A stretch of 63,058 bases of DNA, counting the filler, from Folioceros fuciformis (Eukaryota), in the NCBI GenBank assembly GCA_049999805.1. It is 7 parts of 7 records of this genome, joined end to end, with 100 filler letters (N's around TTAATTAATTAA, not from the genome) between each part and the next. Parts side by side here need not be neighbours in the genome. Positions count along the whole stretch, not along the records: positions 22,336 to 42,669 come from JBNGIO010006479.1; positions 42,770 to 49,058 come from JBNGIO010006480.1; 5 more parts are not named here. The stretch is one strand, 5' to 3'. The translations under genes were made by a program, and so were the position numbers. Shown piece by piece: positions 35,666-46,300 of the stretch (within the stretch, counting starts at the first letter, position 1; every line of letters begins with the position of its first letter). The notes beneath the pieces were generated by a model, which was given only the letters and a program-made list of their open reading frames with translations, was not told where the DNA came from and searched no databases.

Positions 35666-36469
35666 TGGACTACGGCTTTCTTCTTCCTGCTGGGTTTGCG
35701 TTGGGTGGAGGTTGATTGGTTGGAGGGTTTATGTGTTGTTGCTTAGATGCTGGATGTGTGCTTGATGATGTGCAGGGGTGGGGTTGCAACGGTCTGAGGC
35801 AGGGGATGTGCATGATCCTTGAGTCCAATGCTGTGTTGGGTATTAACGATGGCTGCACTCGTGGGCTGGGAGCAGGGAGTGTGTGCTCGCCGTAGCCCTC
35901 CTCGGCAGGAGAATGGCTGCCGAGAGCATGCTGGTGCAGCAGGCAAGATGATGAAGATGGAGGAGTAGGGTGCTGGGGTTAGGGCAACGGACGGACGTCC
36001 CTGCTTGCACTGAATGAATGTTGCAATGCTGCAGTATGTGTGCTCGGGCTTGAGACCTGAGAGAGAGCTGCTGGGGCCCTGTGATGAGATGGGCTCGAGG
36101 ATGGTGTGCTCAACTGTTGTCGGAGAAGAACCTTGTGCTTTCATAACAGCAGATAAGGATAAGGTGCCTATTTGATTTGATAAGGCTCATGCTCGTTTTT
36201 TCGATCCTCTCCTTCTCTGAAGATGTGTTCTGATGGGGGATTGGCTGTAACAGGTTGCTGCCTCGAACATAGAGAGTCAAAGTGAAGTGGAAGGACACAC
36301 AGTTCCTGGTGGTAGTGTGAGATGGCGTGCTAGAGGTAGAGGCAGAAGATGTTTGGTCCTTCATATCTATTTCGACAACCATTTTCCTGGAGGGATGGTC
36401 CGTAAGGAAATAGATGTGATTGGGTCTTGCCCAACTAGCCATGTTTGGCAAATCGTGGAGACTTATTGC

Positions 36470-37195
36470 TTGCTTACGAGACAAGCCTCTTGTGGTCAGT
36501 GACTATTGTCCAGTTTGATGAATAGACTTCGTTTCTCAATTGTTTCTATTTGGCAAATCAATTTGGGAGCCTTGATCTCGTCTTCAATTCTGTGTACATC
36601 CAAGGCACTTCGAGTTGGGCACTGGGATTTGGAATACCAGCAGGCGCCATCAATCTGGGAGGTCTGGGAGGTTTTGTGTCATGCTTAATTTGTTATACAT
36701 CCTAGACAATGTGATCTGGTTGGGTATTGGGATTTGAATACCACAGCGGCCATGGGAATTGTACTGTCTGACGCCATACAGACACCAGAAGGGGGCATTG
36801 TTTTGACCAGGATTGCCCAGGTCCTTGGTGTTGCGGAGAGAAAGTAGGGAGGTGGCTTCTGCTAAACTTTTGGATCAGGTGTGAGAAGATGAGTCATACA
36901 AGCACGAGCAGGCACGCAGAAAGCTTGAAACATACCCTACAGTTCACGTAAGTCTGTCCTCCTTGTGCTCCGTGTTGTTGCTCGGTCGCTATTATGTTGA
37001 TCAAGTAGTTTTAACGGAATCGGATGACGTTCGATCCGTTTCAGATTCCTGGAGAAGCCCGCCATTGACATACATGGCAGCTCTTCACACTCACTCGAGT
37101 GGAGGAGGTGAAGGTCAAACTGCACACCGAGGTTTCGAAGGATATGCATTGAGCTTGTGATGGGGACATTTGCCATGGTGGCAGGATAGAAGACA
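36470..37195 (+). pseudogene. NRT1/PTR (NPF) transporter pseudogene fragments
   Basis: Across frames: QFDE, SFLNCFY, INLGALISS, VYIQ..SWALGFGIP, TPYRHQK, LTRIAQVL, RKLKHT, WQLFTLTRVEEVK, RICIELV..FAMVA. Confidence 0.8.
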
Positions 37196-37725
37196 GCAGG
37201 CTCTTGTTTGAGTTATTCTTGCACCTCCGATCCCTTGGTTTCGCATCACCATGTCCAAGGATCAGTACCCAACATCAGTTGCAAAGACTGCATCGCTTTA
37301 TGGGTTGGGTGAAAGTACTCGTCATGATGGCCTTCGACTACCCTCATGGCAGAACCTGCCTTGTGGGCTGTGAAAGGGAGCTTTCTACACAACCTGCTCG
37401 TGGCCATCTCCAACCTGGGTGAAAACTGGGAGGTCAGTGGAAGTATGCCATCCCATTCCTGTCTTCAAGATATGGACGGGGATGGCTTGCTACGGTTTCT
37501 ACAACCCCATGCACTCAAAGTCCCTCGAGAAGCTATTCACTCAAAGTCTCTCGGCAGCGCATTCGCTCAACGTCGAGAAAGCTGTTGAGAAGGCTACCAT
37601 GGCCAAAACGCGTATGCACCGGCAAGATACGAAGTTGGAAACAAATACAGCAGACATTCTCTTTGTCCATAGTTCACAATTTGTGCACATTCTTTGTCCA
37701 TAGTTCATAGTTCACATCCTAATAG

Positions 37726-38667
37726 TCAAAAAGGTTGCTTCGAAATCTCTGAGTCATCCAAATTTATCACTAAGTGATAGCCTAGAGAGTCAGCTATGCA
37801 AACTATTGCCGAAGCTTGAGCAAATAATAGTGGAAACTTGGATATCTTCCATGCTCCATTCTGCCTTTCAAGTTGCGAAAGGGCACGAAATTTATCGTCA
37901 TGAAAATGGGCAGAAAGAATGTTGTACATATCCACAATGGCTCTAACTTGGTCATCAATTGATTGCCAACCTGCGGAGTTCTTGATACACTGAAACAACT
38001 TAGCATCTGCGGATAGAAAATATCGCCACCAATTAGCTCTGGTTCCTCTATCCTTGGTGTCTCCATACTTCCCCTTCAAGTGCTCTTCAAAGAGCTCAAA
38101 AACGCCTCTCTTGTTGTTGGCGCTTTTTGCCGCTAAGAGATCGAATTCAAGATCCCGAATTCTTCGTTCACAAAGAAAAATAGCCAGTTCCTTAGACCTC
38201 GAAGCTTCTATGGCCTGCTGCAACGCTTGCTTCCTAGCCCTCGAAGCTTCTATGGCCTGCTCCCTACTAGCCCTCGAAGCTTCTATGGCATGCTCCCTAC
38301 TAGCCCTCGAAGCTTCTATGGCCTGCTCCCTACTAGTCCTCGAAGCTTCTATGGCTTGTTGCAAGGCTTGCTCCCTAGCCCTTGAGACCTGGATGGTTTC
38401 TTCATGCAGCGTCTTGACTAAATCAATGAGCATATGTTGCTTCTCGGCGTCCTTCTCTGTTTCCAACAGGGTCAACAAAGGGTCCATATTAGAAGCTCTA
38501 ACACTGAAAGCCTTGACATGCCTATCCCGAGCATAATCTCTTCTTGGCATACTCAAGCCCATGAGTGATCCAGAAGCAAAGCCGCTAATCGGCAGCAGCA
38601 AAGCTGCCATAGATAAAGATGCCCACAATCGCACCAACAAAGCCGCCATAGACAAAGACGCCCGCAA
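37726..38667 (-). CDS. Orphan intronless protein (~300 aa): targeting-peptide-like N-terminus, repeat coiled-coil, helical C-terminal domain
   Basis: 313-codon ORF with ATG at 38649, FSVRAS, (EQAIEASRASR)n, RGVFE..RANWW..YNILSAHFH. Confidence 0.6.
   Translation of the reverse strand: MRASLSMAALLVRLWASLSMAALLLPISGFASGSLMGLSMPRRDYARDRHVKAFSVRASNMDPLLTLLETEKDAEKQHMLIDLVKTLHEETIQVSRAREQALQQAIEASRTSREQAIEASRASREHAIEASRASREQAIEASRARKQALQQAIEASRSKELAIFLCERRIRDLEFDLLAAKSANNKRGVFELFEEHLKGKYGDTKDRGTRANWWRYFLSADAKLFQCIKNSAGWQSIDDQVRAIVDMYNILSAHFHDDKFRALSQLERQNGAWKISKFPLLFAQASAIVCIADSLGYHLVINLDDSEISKQPF
38198..38385. repeat. 33-bp coding tandem repeat (about 5 copies)
   Basis: Units of CTCGAAGCTTCTATGGCCTGCTCCCTACTAGCC. 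Confidence 0.9.
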
Positions 38668-38733
38668 TCCTCAACCAGCAAAGGCTTCCCGATTCTCCCA
38701 CTACCTCTCACCCCGCGAGCTCAAGAGCAAAGC

Positions 38734-38888
38734 CCTCCCTCCAATTTGTCTCTCAAACAGGGCACAAACAAGGACAGCTCCCTCCAATTCGTCTCTCAAA
38801 CAAGGCATAGACAAGGACAGCTCCCTCCAATTCGTCTCTCAAACAAGGCATAGACAAGGACAGCTCCCTCCAATTCGTCTCTCAAACA
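38734..38888. repeat. 43-bp tandem repeat running into an assembly gap
   Basis: CAAACAAGGCATAGACAAGGACAGCTCCCTCCAATTCGTCTCT, at least 3.5 copies. Confidence 0.9.
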
Positions 38889-39879
38889 NNNNNNNNNNNN
38901 NNNNNNNNNNNNNNNNNNNNNNNNNNNNNNNNNNNNNNNNNNNNNNNNNNNNNNNNNNNNNNNNNNNNNNNNNNNNNNNNNNNNNNNNGACAACGGCTCC
39001 TTTCCCTCAGCACAGTGGCAGATAGTGGGCAGAAGGACGTGGCAAGCTCCCAAGATGCGAGAGTAGCACGAAGACTCAAATTCCCTTCTGCACCGAATTC
39101 AGCGGAGCTGTATGTAGAGCGGAAGACAGCGGGCGGGAGGGGAAAAGCGCCAGGGGGCAGGGAATTGCAGGAAGGCACATGCATAGGCGAGGGCCTAAAC
39201 ATTTGGAAGGAATGTGTTTACTCAAAATTGTGGCCCGTATTTACTCCAAAATTGTAGAAGAAGGTTCCTTTGGTAAAGTCAGCAATGAGGAGGAGTTGGG
39301 TGTAGTAAGGGTTTAGGGTAAAAGTAAATCTCAAGTACATATTCACATCTAAGTGCCCCCTTCATGAAAATATACAAGTTTAATATTCAACCATGCCCTA
39401 ATTGTATTTGAGTCTCAATAGTTCTAGCTTTGTAGGATGGGTAGTCGTACAAAGATGGAACCACTTGGAAAGCAATGCAATAATAAGAGCATGATAGAGT
39501 AGGTGGAATAAGATAGGCCATTAAGGTCGAGAGACTAAGTTTGGCATGGTAGGAAAAGCAAAGAAGGAGATAGAACCACCACACTTAATGAGAGGAAGAA
39601 GAAGAGCATGGACATCCTAATATAAGAAGGGGAGCTTTGGAATGAGAAATTGTGGAGCCTAAGCTTGCACTCTTAGACTTCATTGCTTAAAAGGGGAATT
39701 CGTAGAAAGATTGTTTATGAGGCATGCTAAAAGCACACACTAGGTGGTAAACTCAATGTATGGGGGTGATAATGAGATAATATAGGTATTATATCTCTAG
39801 ACAAACTTTAGACATAATATAGGGTTTGAAAGTAACCTTAATATATGTATTGCGAGGTCTATATATACTTATGTACATA

Positions 39880-41445
39880 TTAAGTATTGTACCATACATA
39901 CGTACTCATATCCAGAGAGACCCCCATGCATTTGCCATTCAACCCTCCTTTCTCTGCCACCAAATCCCCGGGCTCTTCTTCCATGCTGTTGATCAGGCAA
40001 ATCCTCCCATAAAATTTCCACCTTACTCCCATTGCTAGCTGACCTCTCCTGGCTGGGCAAGGTTGGGGCCTTGGGGTCCTTTCCTCCTCCACTAGCCGCC
40101 TGTTGTTAAGGACCATCACTGGTTCTTCCTCCACCCAAGCTTGTGCCTCCTCTTCCGTGAGCTCCTTCAAGACTACTTCCATATAACAAGAGGTTAATCC
40201 CCATATCTAGAAACAATGGAAGAAGCATCCATTATGGGTCCTCACTTGTGGACGGTGGGCCCTGGTCCCTCCTCTGACTGTCTACTCTCTGCCCACCAAG
40301 GATGATGGAGTGCCTCCTGTCGCTCTGCCTGCAGTTGTCTCCAATCCAGTCATCCTAGTGCGAATAGGGGTTTAAGCAACCCCAGTTGCTGGTTCCACGA
40401 TTGTCGCTGCTTCCCCGACCACGGTAGGACTTTCTACTACCGGAGTCGTCTCTCCCCTACCAGTAGCGGCTTCTGCTACCTCGGTTGTGGACTTGCTGTT
40501 CTATTTGACCTTGCCCTTCCCCTTCACTCAGTTTTTGGGCCTCATCCCGTTCCCGTTTGTAACAGTCCACTAGCTTCCAGACCTTCTCCACAATGGCTAG
40601 TTCCTGCTTTTATGCCCATAGCAACTCTTGCACCAGGCCCGGGTTCGCATAATTCCAGTGTTTTACGCAGCTTCTCCACCAGATCCCTTGCCCGGGCCCT
40701 CCAGTGGTCCATGCTGGACTAGAGGGCAATCTCGACTTGTGCCGTGGGTCCAGATGTGATGTTCCTGCAAGAATCAACCGCCGTTAGCTCAGCCGCTGCT
40801 TCCGCCATCCGTTGCCGCTCCAGGGTTTGCTTGCGCTCCACCACCACCGCCTGAGCCCACTTCTCACAGCCTCGCGTTTTCTCGAGCCTGTTAGGAGATG
40901 GCCGTTGTTGCAGTGCCTGTTGGCTCCTCCCTGGTCATTGCGTTCACCCAGTTCAGCCTGGATGCTTGCCCGTCCGTTTGCCCACATTCTGCTCCCCGAC
41001 ACCACTTCAGTCATGGTTGCGCTCCCCTTCGAAAATGCACCCAAGACACTTGGACTTCCTCTTAGGGCTTCCATGTTCCAAAAGTCGTTCCTGTTTCTAT
41101 GACCACTACCGGCTTCCACTACCGGTTGCGCCTTCTACGACCGCTTTCCCCATTCCATCACCGTCGTCGGGCTTCGACTACCTCCCTTCTCATACTAAGT
41201 GCACACACATACCATGACACTCTACTCCCGGTTCAACCTCAGTCACAAAATGACTCTGTCTATGGGGTCCCCCCCTTATATAGGCTTTTGCGAATTGTTC
41301 AAAGGCCAAAGGCCAAGGAACAATCAGCCCCTCTGGTCCAAGGACCAGTTATTGGTTAAACCAAACCTAAAACTAAAAACTCATAGGCCAAGGAACTTTT
41401 AAGTATAAATACCTCGGCCTACTCACAACCTAACTCGATTTCACA
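39880..41445 (-). mobile_element. Highly degenerate Ty3/gypsy-like gag-protease remnant with possible 5' LTR (41215-41445)
   Basis: KGGLNGKCMGVSLD resembles a protease start. Degenerate PBS TGGTAT lies next to a TG...CA segment. Confidence 0.4.
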
Positions 41446-41499
41446 CCAGACTTGGCAAAAAAAACAAAAAATCACTCCAACGCACACCTCAACAGGGAG

Positions 41500-41790
41500 T
41501 TCCTAGTCATCAAATCGTTCACACTAGCTACCAGACCTTTGTCTCCTTGCAAAATCAAGCAAAGAGACATGTTCACCAAGCTACTCGATTGGGTCAATTG
41601 CCCAATATTACTGTCTCCGAGATCGTTGGAGCTCTTTTGCAAGAGGAAGCTACCAAGTTCAACGTTGGTATGTCGAACCTCGGGGGAGATCGGGTCATGT
41701 TCATCGCCAAAGGACAATCCACATTTTAGCGCAAGAATTCCAACAACGCGCGTAAAAGCAACTGACCAGGTCAATTTAAGCTTCCTTCCT
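41500..41790 (+). pseudogene. Copia gag remnant
   Basis: SYQTFVSLQN...ITVSEIVGALLQEEAT matches the gag motif of the other elements. Confidence 0.75.
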
Positions 41791-42816
41791 TCCCTCACAG
41801 ATTTTGACACGACGACAAGGAAAGACATCGTGACCATGTTGCAACGGACTTGGGGGTTCACCCAACAGCATCCCACCGGTAGACAAGTGCCACGCAAGAT
41901 ACTTGGCATGCTCTTTCCTCATCCTGGCCAATCCAATGGCATTTACCTTGATACCACACATCGCCTTACGCCACGTCGTGCCATGCCATGCCATGCCCAT
42001 CCTTGGGGCCACCTTGCTAGCCACACAAGCAACCACCTCCATTAAAACCGTGGTTGTTTTCCGACCTTGACGCCTTGGGTGAGGCCTCCGGAGGCTAAAC
42101 AGGTCAGCCAATAACTTCAACTACATTTACAATCAACATGATAAACGCACACAAATTTATGTCAAGTCCAATGGACCTTGTCTTGGGCAACTTGCTTTCC
42201 GCATTCGGCAGAAACTACACATTGAGGATATGCAGCCTATCCAACAATTGAGGACAGGTCTAGGCTTCAAGGATTACATTATTAAAAAGGAGTTGGGGAT
42301 TCCATCCACCAAAAGGAGGAACAGCCACGAAAAGAGACGAAGGCCGAAACATACTAGCTTCTTCAAATATTATTTTTGATAACTACTTACCTACTACCAC
42401 ATGTGCTGAAGTCCGTGGGCCTATACTTGCATTTGTTTTGAAAAATTGCATTCGCCAGGGCCTACAGTTGTCCTGTTTTGAAAGTCAAAAACTACATTTG
42501 TGAAGCCTGCAGTTGGACTAGTCTCTTTCTTTGAAAAACTGCATTCGCCACACTTACATTCGTCCTTGGTCAAAAAGACTACATAGGCCAACACCCTTTG
42601 CAGATCGATGGAGCATTTGTCCTTGTTTTAAAATATTGCATTTATCATACCTACATTTGTCCTTGCTTTNNNNNNNNNNNNNNNNNNNNNNNNNNNNNNN
42701 NNNNNNNNNNNNNTTAATTAATTAANNNNNNNNNNNNNNNNNNNNNNNNNNNNNNNNNNNNNNNNNNNNTCTTGCCACCCGCACGCTCGTGCCCCTCCGC
42801 ATCCTGGATTGCATTA

Positions 42817-42829
42817 TGGTATCAGAGCC
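42817..42829 (+). promoter_or_regulatory. Primer binding site, tRNA-iMet type
   Basis: TGGTATCAGAGCC directly after the LTR; also at 17963, 20567, 34752 and 54241. Confidence 0.95.
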
Positions 42830-42870
42830 AGATTAATAGCCGTACCAGCGTCCATGAGTGGTATGATACG

Positions 42871-43296
42871 ATGCCTAAGTGTGGAGGAGCCTTAGGCGCA
42901 CCTAGAAGGAGAGTCATCCTAGAAGGAGAAGACTCGTCCTTCCCGAGGACAAGCTTTAGATGTACAAGTGCCACAGATGGTGAATCTACTGTACGCAGGC
43001 AATCTTCTCGTCCTCATAGGCGCAGTGTCGTGAGCCCTGTTTTTAGTCCTCGCGTGGGCTCACCCGTAAGGCCGTCCACACCCTGCATCTCGGAAAGACG
43101 CCGTCCAGATCATCAAGCCAAGGTGAATGAACTCCTTGCTGCCAGCGCACAGATTCGCGTTCTGCAAGATGTTTTGGAGTGTCTTACCGCTGGCATCAAT
43201 CAGCTCTTCTTGATCTGTCAAAGCCCCCGAAGCGCTCGGCGTTCTACGTTTGCTGTTCTTAGAGTTGCAAGCCGCGTGAGCGGCACTCCTTTCTGA
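42871..43296 (+). CDS. ORF0 of A2 (141 aa)
   Basis: Homolog of 12-347; ends 20 nt before the gag ATG. Confidence 0.7.
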   Translation: MPKCGGALGAPRRRVILEGEDSSFPRTSFRCTSATDGESTVRRQSSRPHRRSVVSPVFSPRVGSPVRPSTPCISERRRPDHQAKVNELLAASAQIRVLQDVLECLTAGINQLFLICQSPRSARRSTFAVLRVASRVSGTPF

Positions 43297-43316
43297 TATT
43301 TGTTTGTCCTAATGTC

Positions 43317-46300
43317 ATGCCGCCTAGGAGAAACCCAAGGGCGGCGACTTCAGATGATGAGTTTGATCTCGACTCTCAAGGTATAATCGAGCCTGACGAG
43401 CCGCCTCATCGCCCATCAGCCGACGACGAAGGACTTCAACAGCACCCTTCTTACCGTGCGGCACCTCAGCGAACTGCTTTTGAATTTGACTTTGGCCACC
43501 CTACACATCCCACCGCTGGGACTGTAGAGGGCAGGGCTCGAGGTGAGCCTGATACCCATCACGGCCGTCAACAACCTCTGGGTCGACATGACCATCAACA
43601 GCTAGGAACGACTTCGACGTCTTCTATGGCTGTTGCCACAACCTCTGCTTCAACCGGGGCTTCTTCATCGGCCATGGCAGCATTACCTCCTTCTACCCTG
43701 AAAATTGAGTTCAGGGACAAGGATCGTTTCAACGGAAACGACTACAACACTTGGTCAATGCGTTTGACACAAATTCTGGAGGAGAATGAACTGATGTCTG
43801 TTGTTGATGGATCTGAACCCATTCCAGCAGTTCAGCCTGCCCATGCTACGGCAGCGACAGCTATTAATGCGGCAGACATTCTGGCCTGGCAGAGGAAAGA
43901 CAGGAGGGCCAGATCTATTCTCATTGCCTCGCTCGACCGGAACATGATGCCACACACACTGGGTGCTAACACTTCTGCAGCTGTTTGGCACAGTTTCAAC
44001 CAAATCTATAAGGACAAAAGCAGTGCATCACAAGTGTATGCACACAGAGATTTTTATGGCATGAGAATGAAGGAAAACGAGACAGTGGAGTCCTACATCA
44101 ATCGTTTTCGAACAGCACGTGCGACGTTGGCCTATTGTGGAACAACCCTAACGGAGCCTCAGGCTGCTACCAGCCTTTTAGCCTCCCTGCCTGACAGCTA
44201 CAGTCACTTCGTAAGCTCACAATTCGCACGGTCTTCTGCAGCAGTGGCTGGAGGACTACCAGGCCTGAGTCTGGAAGAGCTACTAGGTGCCTTACTGGCT
44301 GAGGAACGTACCAAGGGTTTTCACAAGAATAAGCAAGGTACGCACAATAATTCGAGAGTGCTGTTTACCGGTCGAGGCAGAGGCAGTTTTAGAGGACGTG
44401 GGCGTGGAGGACAAGGCCGCGGTAGCAATTCAACGGCGAAACAGCCCAACCTTCAGCGGAAGATTTTCACTTGCAATTGGTGCAAGATCCCAGGACATCT
44501 GGAGAAGGATTGTCGGAAGAAACGTTCTGGTGAACCTAGAAGGGACACGCCTGTTCCTGAATCTAATATTTCCACTTCTAAACCTACATCTGCTAAGTCT
44601 CCCTCTATACTTGCAGTCTGTTTATCTTCCATTCAAATTCAAATTGATATGTGGTTCTTAGATTCAGGGGCCACAAGCCATATTTGTTTTGATAGACATG
44701 CTTTCCACAGTTTTATCCCTTCACCTGATCCTCATCAGTTCGTGTTGCTTGGGGATGACAGTGGACTCTCCATAAAGGGCACCGGTTCAGTCACAGTTCA
44801 GTTACCAGATTCAAGCGTCATGACCCTCACAGGTGTGTTATTTGTCCCAGCCATGACCAAGAATTTGATGTCTGTCATTAAGCTAGCAGAAGAACACTCT
44901 TGCAGGATCTGTTTTGATCACACTGGTTGTTCAATCTCTCGTATACCTGGCTGGGATGATATATTTTCTGGTACTCCCTACAATGATTTGTACTTGTTAA
45001 ATGTTAGGACTTTACCTCAGCATTCTGCCCATGTGAGCCAGTCCATGTCTCTTTCACCTACCCAGCTTTGGCACTGCAGATTAGGCCACGTTAATTTTCA
45101 GCGACTCTCCACTTTAGTAAACAACACAGTTTTTAGAGATCAGTTGTCCTTTCCAATTGATAACCATGCCTTCTGTGACTCCTGCCAAATTAGCAAAGCC
45201 ATTTCACAACCCTTTCGAGATCAGAACCTCTCCAGAGCTGATTCACTGCTGCATACTGTCCACAGCGACATCTGTGGGCCAATGTCTACTGCTTCCTTAG
45301 GCGGTGCCAGTTATTTCCTCACCTTTATTGACGAGTGGAGTCGTTACTGTACTGTTTATCTTCTGCATAGCAAGAGTGATACCTTTTCTTGTTTTCAAGA
45401 ATATTATGCTATGGCACAACGACAGACTGGTTCTAAGCTGAAGATCCTCCGTTCTGACAATGGAGGCGAATATATAAGTCATGCTTTTTCTGACTTCTGC
45501 CAGACGGAGGGAGTGGTACACCAGTTTACTGTGCCATACACTCCTGCTCAGAATTCCTTTGCTGAACGCAAGAACCGCACTCTTCAGGAAGCTACTCTTT
45601 CAAGCCTATCATTTGCTGGACTGACCCGTGGTTACTGGGCTGAAGCCCTTGTTGCAGCCAATTACGTTCAGAATCGTCTTCCCACTAAGGAGCTTGGCCT
45701 CATCACTCCATATGAGCGCTGGACAGGCAAGAAACCACGTATTACTCATCTACGAATTTTTGGCAGCCCTGCATATGCCTTTGTTCCTTCTAAGCTGCGT
45801 AGTAAGTTGGACCCCAAGGCTGTCCGTCGCATTTTTGTTGGCTACGGCGAGGACGTCAAGGGTTACAAACTTTTTGACCCCACTACCCGCCATATCTCTT
45901 ATTCCCGCAGTGTGATATTTCATGAGAATGCACTATTACGTCGACATGACAGCCTTTTGCAGCCCACATCCTTGCCTGTTCCTGCATCCATTCATGGTAT
46001 TGATGACTCTGCTGATTATTCTACTGACCAAGACGCTGACGTCTCTCTTTTTGATTTTGAGGATACACCAGGCATCACACCTTCTTCAGCTTCCGGGGGG
46101 AATGGTATACATTCGCAGCTTTCATCAGATGAGTCACCTGCTTCACCTGTTAGTGAACCTTTAGAAGCTGTTTCTGCTGTTTCTCCTGACTCTGATCTTA
46201 GGTTAGATGCAACAATTACTATTCCTACTCAATCCATTCCAGCTGAGCCTTCTTCTGAATCTGATCCACCTCAACCTGACTCACCTGTCCTGCGTAGATC

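Noticed and set aside
38198-38888. CRISPR-like array
   Set aside because: Head-to-tail tandem repeats without spacers, in a eukaryotic context with no cas genes.
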